63,176 bases of DNA, filler included, from Octopus bimaculoides (GCF_001194135.2; 4 parts of 4 records of this genome joined end to end with filler, not necessarily neighbours in it); one strand, 5' to 3'. Shown: positions 38,551-52,169, counted from the whole stretch's first letter. The notes: generated by a model not told the origin, from the letters alone. Program-made: numbers and translations.

Positions 38551-38780
38551 TTTCGTTATTGCCCACAAGGGGCTAAACATAGAGGGAACAAACAAGAACA
38601 GACGAACGGATTAAGTCGATTACATCGACCCCAGTGCGTAACTGTTACTTAATTTATCGACCCCGAAAGGATGAAAGGCAAAGTCGACCTCGGCGGAATT
38701 TGAACTCAGAACGTAACGGCAGATGAAATACCGCTAAGCATTTCGCCCGGCGTGCTAACGATTCTGCCAGCTCGCCGCCT
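38551..38780 (-). mobile_element. Young full-length SINE family A (long tail subtype) with TSD
   Basis: Complete head to tail, flanked by the direct repeat TTTGTATTGAATACC (38534-38548) / TTTGTATTGATTACC (38782-38796). Confidence 0.92.
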
Positions 38781-39934
38781 TTTTGTATTGATTACCGATC
38801 GAGTACTATATATTATGGTGCGTACGTTTTAATATCAATGAAAGCAACTCCCATGAAGCTCACGAGAATTTGTTGATATAGTGCCGCCGACCCCGCTCCA
38901 TCTTAAGCCTACTTTGAATATATAAAAAAAAAAAATTTGAAGTCGTTTGCTTAATGGTGTCTTCTTTGATAAATATTATTAGAGAGATAATGAGTTGAGT
39001 GACTTTCAGTTTTACTAGCAATACTCGAACATTCGTATATAAGCACATGCATAGACACATACATGTCATTAATGAAAAATAAAAAAAATACGCACGCACA
39101 CACACACACACGCGCACACATACACACACGCACACTCACACACACGCATACACACACACACGGTGAATTCAAGAATTCANNNNNNNNNNTATATATGTCT
39201 GTATATACGGAACATACATGCATAAATACATATACATATATGTTCATGCACACACACACGCACACACACACACACGCGCACACATACACACACGCACACT
39301 CACACACACGCATACACACACACACGGTGAATTCAAGAATTCAAGGTTATAACTTTTCGTTGTGTGTGGGATGTGTAGTGAGAGGGGACTCGCATTAAAT
39401 TAAGTTTAATACGACCAATGAGCTGATCTGAAGCGACATAAACGTTGAGAAAGAGATCAGGAGAGTTTGGTGTGTCAGTGAGGGTTATGTGGATGGGATG
39501 AAACTAAAAAATGTCTTAAGGAAAACACCTGAGGGTGTTGAGTCTGCTGCTGTACTCAGTCTCCGAATGCAGGAGTCGATGTCTCGTCAGGCGGTGAAGT
39601 AGCTCTGCGCATGTTCCGTCCCGGTCCCTTTCACTGCGACACGTCTTGCCCGGGACAATCCACCGATGTAGGCAACAAAACTTCCATACAACATGAGCTT
39701 CGTTGAGTCAGATGTGTCTCTGTGCCAGATGTTGCTACCATCTTAAATGCTTGTTCTTGCTGCACCACTCGTCTTCTCTCTTGAGCTAAACGTAATGGCT
39801 TACTTTCTCTGTGGCTTCCAACACTATCTTCTCTTTCGCAGCTAGTTTAAGACTCCTGAGTATCGAGTATCCTCTAACGCCTATCCCTACTGTGAAGTAT
39901 ATACCTCCTATCCATTGTTTTTATAGAGTTCAAG

Positions 39935-40500
39935 CAAGTCACAGTATTTTCTCTCTTTCCTGAGGAAAAGTGTTCGGGCTTGCAAAGAAAAATCGCTTTG
40001 GCATCAGTGATATCAGTATGAAATGAGTATGAAAGTAAAAAATGAGTTGTGAACGTTGGAATCACCGAAAACGATAGCTTTAGTAAAGAGGGAAGTAAAA
40101 TATGTTACCAATACCGGAAGAGATTTGATCGAAGTGTTGTTGATGGTTGGAGGAGCTTTGAAGAGTGTTAGAGGAATCAGTTGTGTTCAAATGTGTGAGA
40201 AAGAGGGATATTGTTCATTTGTTACTAAAATCCTTATTACCGATATCAACGAGTGAGAAGTGAGAGGTGAAGATACTAGAATCTATATATAAACGAACAC
40301 CACATATTTCAGTGTGAACTTTGAATGCAGAGACAAGCTTGGACAGTATAGATAAGAGAAGAGATAATTAAATTTTGAAAAGTAATAGGATGTGTGATGT
40401 GCATGTCAACATAATGTAATGTGTGAGTGTTTAGGATGAATATGAGTTTACGACAAGTAAAGGATTTTATATAGCTGATTCTAGTGCTCTTTTTTGGCAT
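39935..40500 (-). pseudogene. CR1/L2-like LINE apurinic-endonuclease domain remnant
   Basis: Minus strand GVRLYIDSSI...NKDFS, HFDQISSGIGNIF / KAIVFGDSNVHNSFLLSYSFHTD..AKAIF; resembles the APE motif ..GDFN(V)H..WL...TD. Heavily decayed. Confidence 0.55.
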
Positions 40501-40827
40501 CTAAGCTGGTATAAGGAATAATGATGAACAATAGGGTCACGATTACAATAATCCTGTACTGGCACCCTGGCTCATTTGCCTGTAACAAATCGAACTCCCC
40601 TAAAAGCAACCACGGGAAAGAAGGTGGTATTAAAATGGATGTTAAGAGCTTATCATCCCCACACCGCAAAATGAAAAGGTGATCTTTTCGGGCTGGCTCA
40701 AACCACTACATAAAACGATACTTAGTTAGTCAACGTAGAACCAGCCATATGATCACCCAGGGCTAAACAACACAACAGCGTTAAAAGCAACCGATAGACT
40801 ATCTATCTATCTATCTATCTATCTATA

Positions 40828-40885
<58 letters not shown>

Positions 40886-41094
40886 ATTTAAAACAGTTTG
40901 ATTCGGTTATATGCGACTTAAAGTCTCGCAGGCTTCTAACAGAAGCCCAGCTCGTTCAGGCTTAGATTACTTAATCAAACTGTATTAAAGAGTAATATAG
41001 GTATCTCCTACTAAATGTATTGAGTGCCTTTCTCTTTTGCTTGTCCTCTCACTCGGGTAGTGTGTGTATGTATGTATGTATGTATGNNNNNNNN

Positions 41095-41240
41095 NNCAGG
41101 GATATCCATTTGCAGCTGAATGGACTGGAGCAACGTAAAATAAAATGTCTTGCTCAGGACAGCACTCACTATCCGGTCCAGGAATTGAAACCACGATCAT
41201 AAGATCGTAAGTGCAACACTCTAACCACTAAATCAGGCGC
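41095..41240 (-). mobile_element. SINE family D 5' portion
   Basis: Reverse complement has a tRNA-like head (ttagtggttagagtgttgcac...ggtttcaattcc) and the CORE-like gtcctgagcaagacatttt...gttgctccagtcca; same family as 49521-49830. Confidence 0.75.
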
Positions 41241-43889
41241 TTTCATTACTCTCTTTCAGAGACTGGTCATTTTCACACTGAAACAAGCAAGTTTTCTGAA
41301 TAGCTCTACAAGAACATAAGAGTGATACCGTGCAACATGCTTGTGATAGAAGATAGTTTGCAGGAATACAGCTCGTTCGAAGACAATAGAGTCCTTGTTA
41401 ATCCTACTCTGTATCTGATATATCTTCACTGCTTGGAAGTATTCCCATAATTACTTTTATGTTTCTCTTAATGTCTTGTTTATGGATAAACTATATTAGA
41501 AACTAGCTCTAGTGACTGGAGCCCAGTCGAATCAAGTTTGCTATTTTGTATTTTAGTTAATCAGTTGACGTCATTTAATTTCGTTTCTTTAATGTCCTCG
41601 AGAAATGATTCGAAATTGGGTTCACATTTTTTATTGTCACAACCAGTGAATACAGTTATAAACCTAACTCGATAACGACTATTTGTTGTTGTTGCTGTTT
41701 AGTCTCATATCAACTTTGATCAAAGGTATTCAAGTAGTAAATCTTCCATATTTTACGGGTTATGTCAAAGCTTCCGAAGGAAATTATGTAAAGCAGAAAA
41801 AGACTGCTTCTGAACCTCAGTGTACGCATGGACACCAGAAAATACGCATGGATACCAGAAAATACCAAAATACCAGATACGCATGGATCCTTCTTTAGCT
41901 CTTCCGTCCTTGGGCCGATGCGCCGGTTGATTTCCCTTTCTTTATAGGCCTTGGATATGTCATTTTGTTTGTTGATTCACCAGGCTATATAAGAGAGATT
42001 ATATTTGCGATAACTCCATAAACAGAAATCTGAATGACATCCCCGCCCCTCAGAGTGAGAGTAGGAATGCCATTCTTGTTTCCTTCAACAGTATAAATAT
42101 ATAATCACTGCGCATATCTAGAAAATATCATTTTCCTCTCTCGGCATGAGCAGTGAATCGTCAGAGGAATTAGAGCGTCGGACGAAATGCCCTACAGTAT
42201 TTATTCCGTCGCATTGCGCTCTGAATTCAAACAGCCATTCATTCTTCCGTGATCAATAAATGAAGTAACAGCATAATGTTGTGGACCGGCGGAAAAGCTA
42301 AAGCATGGGACGAGAGGCTTTGTGGTATTTGTTCTATCTCTTTTCGTCCCGAAGTCAAATCCCTTTGTGGCTTACTCGGGCAGTAAACAATCCGTCACCC
42401 AATTTAAGATCACCACTGGTCCTTTGATCTCTTTAGCGGCGTCTAAATTGTTGCAAGCACTTGGACCAAGGATCCGGTTTGAAACTACTTGCCTCTTTCC
42501 TGCTGTGTGGTCCTGTGTAAAAATCATGAGCACTTCCATTCTCTCCTGGCTAAGAAATAACGACCTAGAAACTCAAGAGCACTACAAATGCTAGGCCTTA
42601 CAATTACTGAGTGACCCTCACAGTGAAGTACATTATCAAGGACTGTATTACGAAGGCTGAAATAAAAACAGGTTTTAATATTGGATATAATCGACTGAAA
42701 TCCTTGAGGGCGATGTCTGAGCATAGTTGTAATCCAAAGGGTAAGGCCCGTAAAACAATATATAAAAGCAATCCCTGCAACTTACTACCCTCAATTGGAG
42801 TTAGCTTTCCTGTAATAGCTGTAATGACAATACTTACTATCCTCAAACGGAGTTAGCTTTCCTGTGATAGCTGTAATGACAATACAATACACAACCTGAG
42901 TAGACCATATGTTGCTTGCTGTCATTCATAAACTCTCTAAAGTCATACGTCATGCGCAAACAGATCACATCTGTGTGAATGAAGACGACGTTTAAATTGT
43001 GGAAATGTGTGCGCGTAGTTTATGTTGTATTTCTGTACAAGTATCTATATTATACTCATATTATAATGGAGAAAGCTGCTTATTAATTAGGTATGTAATA
43101 ATTACTAAATCTATATCAAAATGGAGAAAGCTGCTGCTTATTAGTTAGGTATGTAACAACTACTAAAAGAAAGCAATTTTTAAAGGCTTGACCGTCTGGA
43201 AATTTTTTTATAAATTCAAGTTCCCAGAAATTTCCTATAATATCGATTTCTGAAGTTTAATGAATTTTTGAATTTCAGTTTTTCACAAATTTAGATATTC
43301 GTTGCATTCACTGCGCAATATTCCGTTTCCATTTGCAAAATCTCTCCCTCTCTATTTCAATGTTTTCATTTCAATTTTTAATTCGCTATTTGCAAAACCC
43401 ACAGTTTTATTCTATCAGCAAATCTAGCCATCTACAATGGAGGCATAAAATGAGGGAGCGAAGTCATAACAGCAGTATGTATTGAGAAATGTGTAAATGG
43501 ACTTGACAGATTACTGGATTTGGTTGCAAAATTCTTTATGTGAGTTCATGTGTTGAAGCATATTCTGTTGTGTCTGGGGAGAGTCATTTTCTTTTAGTGC
43601 CTTATAATTTAACACACTCACCGGTAAAATTTCCACTTATTTCCTTCTTTATTTTTCTAAAATTTTCGAAAATAAACATGGAGGGTCGTTAGACCAGAAC
43701 GAAAACAAACATGGAGGGTTATTAGACCAGAACGAGAAGAAAATAGTGAACGCTGGGAGAAATATTTTTTTTGAAAAGAGAAGCGATAGAAGAGAGAAAA
43801 AAACACGACCGCTCTTTTGAACGTCCGTTGCAGGAAAAGAAAGATGGTCACGTGAGGAAAAGAAAGATGGATGATAGTTACTTGTGAGC

Positions 43890-44035
<146 letters not shown>

Positions 44036-44809
44036 AGAAAACGGTGATCCACACCAGTACTGTCTTAAAGCATGGGGAGCCCAAATCTGACCTACATGTG
44101 CTGTAGCTTGCTGTCAATAAATGAATACTGTAGGCCGGGTGGGGGCCTATAACGCTGCTTAGACGTCCCTGACCCTCACTTATGTATGTGTATAAGTTTG
44201 TGCTTAACTATTGCTGGATCAATAATGAAATAATTACATTATTCTCATCCCTTCGATCAAAACATTCAAATATACACCCCATACACATGTCGCTTATCCA
44301 TACCCTCTATCCACGCCCAATATAAACACCTACACATTTATGATAAGCAACGATGTTTCTCAGTGTCTATATGCCACCATGCTTGCCTGTATGTGTGTGT
44401 CTATCCATATATGTGCATATTTATGTATGTGTATATAATTGAATGTGAATAGTGTATGTTTGTCGATGAATATGAATGTGTGTATGTGCATGCGTGTGTG
44501 TGTGGGTATGTGTGTGTTTTCATGAATATAATTGAGTGTGCGTGTGTGTACGTGTGTGTGTGTACGTGTGTGTGTACGTGTGTGTGTACGTGCGTGTGTG
44601 TACGTGTGTGTGTGTACGTGTGTGTGTGTACGTGTGTGTGTGTGTGCTTGTGTATATATATATATATGTGTGTATTCATTAGAGTGTGGGTGTTTTTAGA
44701 TGTGTGTGCACATGCATATGTGTTTGTTCCTGTGTAGATATGAGTGTGTGTGTGTGTGTGTGTATGAAAGTATGTGTTTGTGTGCAGAAGTGTGTGTAGA
44801 TGTGCATAG

Positions 44810-44852
<43 letters not shown>

Positions 44853-45702
44853 GGTAAACAGTTATCGATCTCATCTTATCTCAATATAACATTGATATTG
44901 ATAACGTCAGCAGTCACGTCAAAACAGTGGACAATCACATACACAAGCACACACATACACGCACACACACGGATACAGAGACATACACACACACATACAC
45001 ACACAGTAAATGCACACACACATATATAAACGCCTACACGACACATATATACATGCACACCTACACGTAAATATGTTTGCGATAAAAAAAAGCAAAAAAA
45101 AAAAACAGTAAGATGAAAGTAAAACGACCCTCTATCGATTTCGGCAATGACTATTTCCGTTGTTCGATAAGTGGTTGAGTGTTCCACAGATGTGTGTGTC
45201 CTTCACGTACCTCCCCCACTTTTGCAGAATCTATGTAACATTCATTGTGTGTGACAGTGTTGATCCTTTGAATTGCATATCGTTGTTGGTAAATCACAAC
45301 AGAGTCGCGGACGATTGTCGGCCAGACTTGACTTTTTAGGGACTCGTATGTGACTAAGAAGCCACAAAATCGAATACAGACATGATCGTCGTCGCCTTGG
45401 AGATATTAAAAATAAAATTCTATAAAGATTTATTTCTGTTTATTTATAATTTTAGCCAATCAGATCAACCATTCTTGATGCACCGTCGCGATGCTATGGA
45501 ATGCACAATGTCTTTTGTATTTTAGTTTTATTTTTCGAAACGCGAACTCACGACTTTCACAAATTGCTATGTTCATTTATTTATTTATTTATTTTAGAAA
45601 ATACTTTAAAAAATACAAAATCGTTGAACATGAAAATATATAATAAATGAAAACGAAAGAAAGCAAATACACTTTTATAATGAAATTTTGCCACGCACTG
45701 TC

Positions 45703-45774
45703 AACCCTAACTCTAATCCTAAACCTTAAGCCTAATCCTAAAGCTCTAACCCTAATTCTAAACAACATCCCTAA
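45703..45774. repeat. Degenerate (CCCTAA)n-like tract
   Basis: ccctaa ctctaa tcctaa accttaa gcctaa tcctaa ... ccctaa ttctaa; similar texture at 1-70. Confidence 0.6.
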
Positions 45775-45829
45775 TATTAAATCCGACCCCACGATAGTAT
45801 CCATTAGCTGCTATGGGAACATATGCAAA

Positions 45830-46215
45830 GAGGCGCAGAAGTGGTTGTGTGGTAGGTAGCTTGCTTACCAACCACATAGTTCCGGGTTCAGTCCCACTGC
45901 GTGGCACATTGGGCAAGTGTCTTCTGCTATAGCCTCGGGCCGACCAAAGCCTTGTGAGTGGATTTGGTTGACGGAAACTGAAAGAAGCCCGTCGTATATA
46001 TGTATATGTATATATGTGTGTTTGTCCCCCCAACATCGCTCGACTACCGATGCTAGTGTGTTTACGTCCCCGTAACTTAGCGGTTCGGCATAAGAGACCG
46101 ATAGAATAAGTACTAGGCTTACAAAGAATAAGTCCTGGAGTCGATTTGCTCCACCAAAGGCGGTGCTCCAGCATGGCCGCAGTCAAATGACTGAAACAAG
46201 AAAAAGAGTAAAGAG
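45830..46215 (+). mobile_element. Full-length SINE family B
   Basis: Head ggcgcagaagtggttgtgtggtag, B-box gggttcagtcc, CORE-like ttgggcaagtgtctt, short internal (TA/TG) tract, full tail. Confidence 0.92.
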
Positions 46216-46629
46216 CAAATAACAAAAAGTGGATTTCTGTAAAATTGAGAATAGGTGTTCTGATTGGCTAAAACTACAATTTCAGTTTTTTAAAGATTGT
46301 TTTTTTCTCTTACAAAAAAAAATCAAGCATTGTGCTTTAAATGGAAAATATCTACCCTGTATTTGCAAAATCAAACAAGATAGTCACAGCTGGAATGCTT
46401 TTGATCGTCGTTTTAATTCATCAGGGCTGACCAGCACATAAAAAAAAAACAACTACTGTTACAGCAAGAATTAGGATAATTATGTATTTATCGGCATGCT
46501 ATCCTGGAAAAGAAGCGGGATGGTCATAATTAGAATGCATCTGATAACAGGCGTGTTTCATCAGGACTGACCTGAGAATGAATAAATCAGACTGAAACAC
46601 ACATACACACACATATATTACGCCTAGAT

Positions 46630-46940
46630 CAGGGATCAGAGAACATTTTAAACCAATTCCCCCAAAATATATTTACTTACGCCAACGTTACCCCCTTGAT
46701 TTGAAAGGAAGAAAATCATACATTCTTTGGTTTCAAAAAGTCTATGGAATCTATTTGATACGACGTCTCCTAAATACGTCCATTACATTGGGCAGTTGAG
46801 TGTTGCCAGAAGAAAAATTTCTGTCATATCAAGGAACACGTTTTTATATAATTTTAATTATGTCTAATGAATCTTCATTACCCCCAAGAATTCCATTTTT
46901 ACCCCACTTGGAGTAATTTACCCCGGTTCGCCGACCACTA
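46630..46940. mobile_element. Second hAT-type MITE (different family)
   Basis: Degenerate TIRs CAGGGATCAGAGAAC / GTTCGCCGACCACTA; 8-bp TSD GCCTAGAT / GCCTAAAT (7/8) with central TA. Confidence 0.7.
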
Positions 46941-47567
46941 GCCTAAATACTACATTTCTTTTATTATTATACTGTATAGATCGTTAAAAAACGAAGAAAA
47001 TAATGAATTTCCATTAGGGACGATTTCAAGTGGACTAGAAAACATTTGTGTCTCTGATTTCAAAACTATCTCCAGCCTTTTTGTTCCACGTAGTGTGTGA
47101 GATGTGACCAATTATACATATATATACATACATACGTACGTACGTGTGTGTGTGTGTGTGTGTTATATTCATTTATATATATGTGTGTGTGTGTACATAC
47201 ACACATACACGCACGCGCGTGCGCAAAGACACCACACGTATTATAGAATGCTGTCTGAGTTGTTTTCATCGCATGAAACTATTAGTAGCTCATAAAAAAA
47301 TATGTGCTGTGTTTATTAAATATTTATCTGTCACCAGATGGAGTACTATTTTGTATTGATCTTAGCATCACGTAACAGTACACTATATATATATATATAT
47401 ATNNNNNNNNNNNNNNNNNNNNNNNNNNNNNNNNNNNNNNNNNNNNNNNNNNNNNNNNNNNNNNNNNNNNNNNNNNNNNNNNNNNNNNNNNNNNNNNNNN
47501 NNNNNNNNNNNNNNNNNNNNNNNNNNNNNNNNNNNNNNNNNNNNNNATACATATATATACATACATA

Positions 47568-48397
47568 CGAGGGCAAGTCAAAAATTATTCGCACTTTCTC
47601 CATAACATATCTTTATTATTGTCACACTGCCTTCTGCGCATGCGTGCTTATAGTTGGTATTATTGTGGTCACGTGGTCAACGTTTGAGCCTGATCGCGCC
47701 ATTTTTCTTTCTGGCTTTACAGTAATGTGGACTAGTAATGTGCACCGCTTTCTCTGGTCGGAAGGTGTGTCAGATGCTGAAATTCATCGGAAGCTTTTAG
47801 CAACAATACGGGGACAGTCCACTACCGCATAGAAGTGTGTCTGAGTGGACTGAGAAGTTTATAAGTTTCAGATTTTCAAAATTTTGGGACTCAAAATTGG
47901 AAGACTACCTGGAAAATGGGTGTACGATCAGCAGTGCAAGATACAGTGCTTTACTGGCCAACAAACTGACACCAGCAATTTGCACCAAACGCCGAAGCCT
48001 ATCGTCGAAGTTTTTGTTGTTGCATGAATATGCACGCCCACACACAGCCTCTCAGACCGTTGAAACCATTAACCAATTGGGTTTTGAGGTTTTAGAACAC
48101 CCTGCCTACGGCCTAAATCTTGCTCTTTCCGACTATCATATCTTTGAACCGCTCAAAGATGGTTTACGAGGTCGTCGATTTCCTACAGATGAAGATGTAA
48201 TGGAAGCGATACATAAGTGCTTGCACGACCATTCGAAAACCTTCTTCTTGGAGGGAATACGCAAGCTTGTAGACTGCTGGACCAAGTGCATCGAAAAGGA
48301 AGGAGACTATATAGAAACATGACGTACTTATTTATCCCTTGCTTCTGTGTAAATACATTTAAAAAACAAGGGTGCGTATAATTGTTCACTCTCCCAC

Positions 48398-48398
<1 letters not shown>
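47568..48398 (+). mobile_element. Internally deleted mariner element with transposase pseudogene
   Basis: TA-flanked ~29-bp TIRs (21/29 identity by hand). HTH start HRFLWSEGVSDAEIHRKL is joined to FWDSK...LLHEYARPHTA...LEHPAYGLNLALSDYHIFEPLK...GIRKLVDCWTKCIEKEGDYIE. The first catalytic-D region is missing and HDNARPH is mutated. Confidence 0.92.
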
Positions 48399-48482
<84 letters not shown>

Positions 48483-49069
48483 CATATGTATATAAACACA
48501 CACACATATACATATATGGTAAATGAAAGGCGGAAGATGTAATATATATAAATATAAGGGCATTACTATACATAAATGCCTCACGTTAGGAAGGACTCTT
48601 AAAGTCAAAACTGCTATAAGCACATTGTACCGAACGCGGGGGAATGCAACTCTCGAAGCGACCCTTTTAAAAACAGATTCAGCTGCAGATCATATTTCCT
48701 AATTAGTGCACAAAATGCACATTTTAATCTTCAGTGCAAGCATAATCAAGACATATAAAAATGAACAAAAAATCAACATACCAGATGAACACCACATGTA
48801 TCCAGCATAGTACATAGAATTGTTCACACTTACATACCTATGTAAGAGGCGGGCCTTCGAATTGCATCTCGGTACACGTGTTTATTCAGAATAAAATTCA
48901 CCACTGAGGATTTTCATGCTAACTACTAGATAAATTTTTATAAAGATTTTATCCTATTTTTAAATTATACATATATATATATATATATATATATGTACGC
49001 ACATACATTCACACACATACTCACACAAACACACACACACTCACACATCCACACCCACACACCCACACA

Positions 49070-49270
49070 CACGTATTGTTTGTGCCTCGCTGCGTGACAA
49101 TCGGAGTTGATTTGTTTGCGTCCTGTAACAGCGCACTTAGCGAGGTTAAGAAATCGATAAAATAAGTGGTAGATTCAAAATGTTAGTGTTGACTACAACG
49201 CTACGTGGCGGTGCCCCAGCATGACCGCACACCAGTTACTGATACCAGGAAACTGGAAAAACATAAAGGA
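49070..49270 (+). mobile_element. Decayed SINE family B 3' half (a second one at 50510-50717)
   Basis: tttgtttgcgtcc.gtaac...cgataaaataagt...gcggtgccccagcatgacc; 50510-50717 shows the same tail less decayed. Confidence 0.65.
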
Positions 49271-49520
49271 TTCTCATATGCTGATGGTTCAGGATTTGTA
49301 TTTCACTGCAGAATATTGAGTAAAAAGCTTCTGTTTTCGGAGAGAGGATGGGTAGTCGCGAATTATACAAATAGAAAATAAATAGTTGGCCTAATCTGGA
49401 TAGCTCTGAATGTTGAGTAAACCATCCAATATAGCTGAATGTCAGAATATTTCTTATTTTTCGGAATTGCGAAAACTATTTGAAAAAAAAAAACAACAAC
49501 AGAAAAAGAATCGATACAAA

Positions 49521-49830
49521 AACCTCGTTGCGACGAGGAGGGTTCCAGTTGATCCGATCAACGGAACAGCCTGCTCGTGAAACTTACGTGCAAGGGGCTA
49601 AGCATTACACAAACATGCGTACCCTTAACGTAGTTCTCAGGGAGATTTAGCGTGACACGGAATGTGACATGGCTGGCCCTTTGAAATACACGTACAACTC
49701 AGTTTTACCAGGCGGATAGACTGGAGCAACGTGAAATAAAGTGTCTTGCTCAAGGACACAACCGGGAATTGAACTCACGACCTTACGATCATGAGCCGAA
49801 TACTCTAACCACTAAGCCACGCACCTTCAC
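49521..49830 (-). mobile_element. Full-length SINE family D (tRNA head + CORE-like + family C-type 3' domain)
   Basis: Reverse complement: TGGCTTAGTGG A-box, GAGTTCAATTCC B-box, gtgtccttgagcaagacactt, then gtcacgct.aat.tccc.gagaactacgttaagggtac...cacgagcaggctgttccgttgatcggatcaactggaaccctc shared with family C. Confidence 0.88.
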
Positions 49831-50717
49831 TATACGTACAAACAAAACAACATTTTGTTTGTATTAGATTCTCATTAAGATTTTCGTCTTTTGTAACAAA
49901 TTACCTCGTCTTTGGAAATAAATTGTTTTATATATATTTTTTCATCTATATTACGTTTCGTTAACGATGACCTCTAGTCATCAAACGGTTTTTGTGAATA
50001 GATATACATACATACATACATACATACATAAATATATNNNNNNNNNNNNNNNNNNNNNNNNNNNNNNNNNNNNNNNNNNNNNNNNNNNNNNNNNNNNNNN
50101 NNNNNNNNNNNNNNNNNNNNNNNNNNNNNNNNNNNNNNNNNNNNNNNNNNNNNNNNNNNNNNNNNNNNNNNNNNNNNNNNNNNNNNNNNNNNNNNNNNNN
50201 NNNNNNNNNNNNNNNNNNNNNNNNNNNNNNNNNNNNNNNNNNNNNNNNNNNNNNNNNNNNNNNNNNNNNNNNNNNNNNNNNNNNNNNNNNNNNNNNNNNN
50301 NNNNNNNNNNNNNNNNNNNNNNNNNNNNNNNNNNNNNNNNNNNNNNNNNNNNNNNNNNNNNNNNNNNNNNNNNNNNNNNNNNNNNNNNNNNNNNNNNNNN
50401 NNNNNNNNNNNNNNNNNNNNNNNNNNATATCTGTCTATCTGGCTGTCTGTGTGTATGTATGCATGTATGTATGTATGTATGTATGTATGTATGTATGTAT
50501 GTATGTATGTGTGGCTGTGTCTGTGTTTGTTCCTCACCACCGCTTGGCAACTTGCGTTAGTTTGTTTACGACCCCGTAATCCAGCTGTGTTCGGTAAAAG
50601 ACACGGATAGAACAGGTAACAGGCTTAACAAAATATAAGTATGGGATCGATTCGTTCGACTAAAATTTCTCAAGGCGGTGCTCCAGCATGGCCACAGTTT
50701 AATGACTGAAACAAGTA

Positions 50718-50763
<46 letters not shown>

Positions 50764-51732
50764 ATGTGTGTGTGCGTGTGTATGTGTGTATGCGTTCGTG
50801 CATGCATGCGTGCATACATACATACATACATACATACATACATACATACATACATACATACGAAACATGCGACGCGACAAGTCGCATATTTGGCCTAGAA
50901 GACTATTTATCGAAAATACAATGAATACTATCTCCAACTTTGGAGCCACAATTAGCAGCCTTGTTAAATAACTGGTTAATCTTCAAATGAATTAACTGAG
51001 GGAGCCTTTTATTCACGATCGTAGGGATTTTTGACTGAAGCTTGAATTTAACACGCGGAGAGTTTCTACAAACAACATGGCTGGACACAACATCAACCAC
51101 AACACAATCGAGGAACAGAACGAAAATAACAGTTCAACAGGTCAACAATTTCTTTCTAGCTGTAGTTATAGAAGAAACCGTAACTACAAAACTCATTTCT
51201 TTTGGAGTTATAAATTGAATAATGATCTATTTAATTGTTACGAAAACAGCGAAATAAAACTCCGCTGTTGGCTATACGAAACGATTGAAATCTGCATCCA
51301 GAATTAATGAAAGGAGGAAGGGCGGTGCCTATGACACTTTTCGGGGACTCCGAGTCCCCGTAAAAGAAGGAAGCCTTCTTCAACCCGGAGACCTGTCCCG
51401 AATGCTGTAATAAAGAGGAATCAGTAGAAATCACCCAAGAGACATATAGTGTTTATATGTGGTGCAAACTGGATCATAAATAAGTCCAGTACAAGAACAC
51501 TCTATTTTGAGTTTCCATACTCTTTGTAATAGCTCCAGAGAGAGTCAGATTGACATACAGAAATCCAACCATTTCCACATATATGTAATAATTGTGGTTC
51601 GAGTAGGAATCGAACTTGTGTCGCATAATTGACTTCCTGAGAGTCTACCACCATCAACCCTTACCAGCACCAGCATGCCATCCATTATTACACAGCTGTT
51701 TTGCAAATGCAGTAAAAGTTACTACCGCGTCG

Positions 51733-51733
51733 T

Positions 51734-51798
<65 letters not shown>
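51733..51798. repeat. (GTA)n microsatellite
   Basis: Direct reading. Confidence 0.95.
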
Positions 51799-52129
51799 AT
51801 GGCATATGAATCGTGATTATGAGAAAGAGCGAGGTAGGGGGAATCTAATGGAATTGGCATGCAAAGTTTGTCTGGTCAGTTACGTCAATCGCAGATGTTA
51901 TCAATAATGTTTTGATTAATATAGAAACAAAGACTAGAGAAAAAAAAAAAAAGCAAGCAGAGACAGCGCTAACAGTACTAGAGTCAGCAAGACTCATTAT
52001 GCTTACTTATTGAGTTTGAGTAGATCCGAAATGGCAAAGAAATCAGAGAGTAGAGTTATGGAGTGGAAGCGGAAATAAGAAAATATGACAGACAGTGTAA
52101 GGGAAGGTGTGTGTGTGTGTATGTGTTGA

Positions 52130-52169
<40 letters not shown>

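Noticed and set aside
39095-39345. ~80-bp direct repeat ending ggtgaattcaagaattca on both sides of a 10-N gap (similar case at 62005-62170)
   Set aside because: Probably overlapping contig ends duplicated across a nominal gap; needs long reads before it can be called real.
42780-42883. Short local tandem duplications (52 bp x2 here; ~55 bp at 43065-43170; ~20 bp at 41823-41890; ~56 bp at 37945-38060)
   Set aside because: Real but ordinary slippage-type duplications with no further structure.
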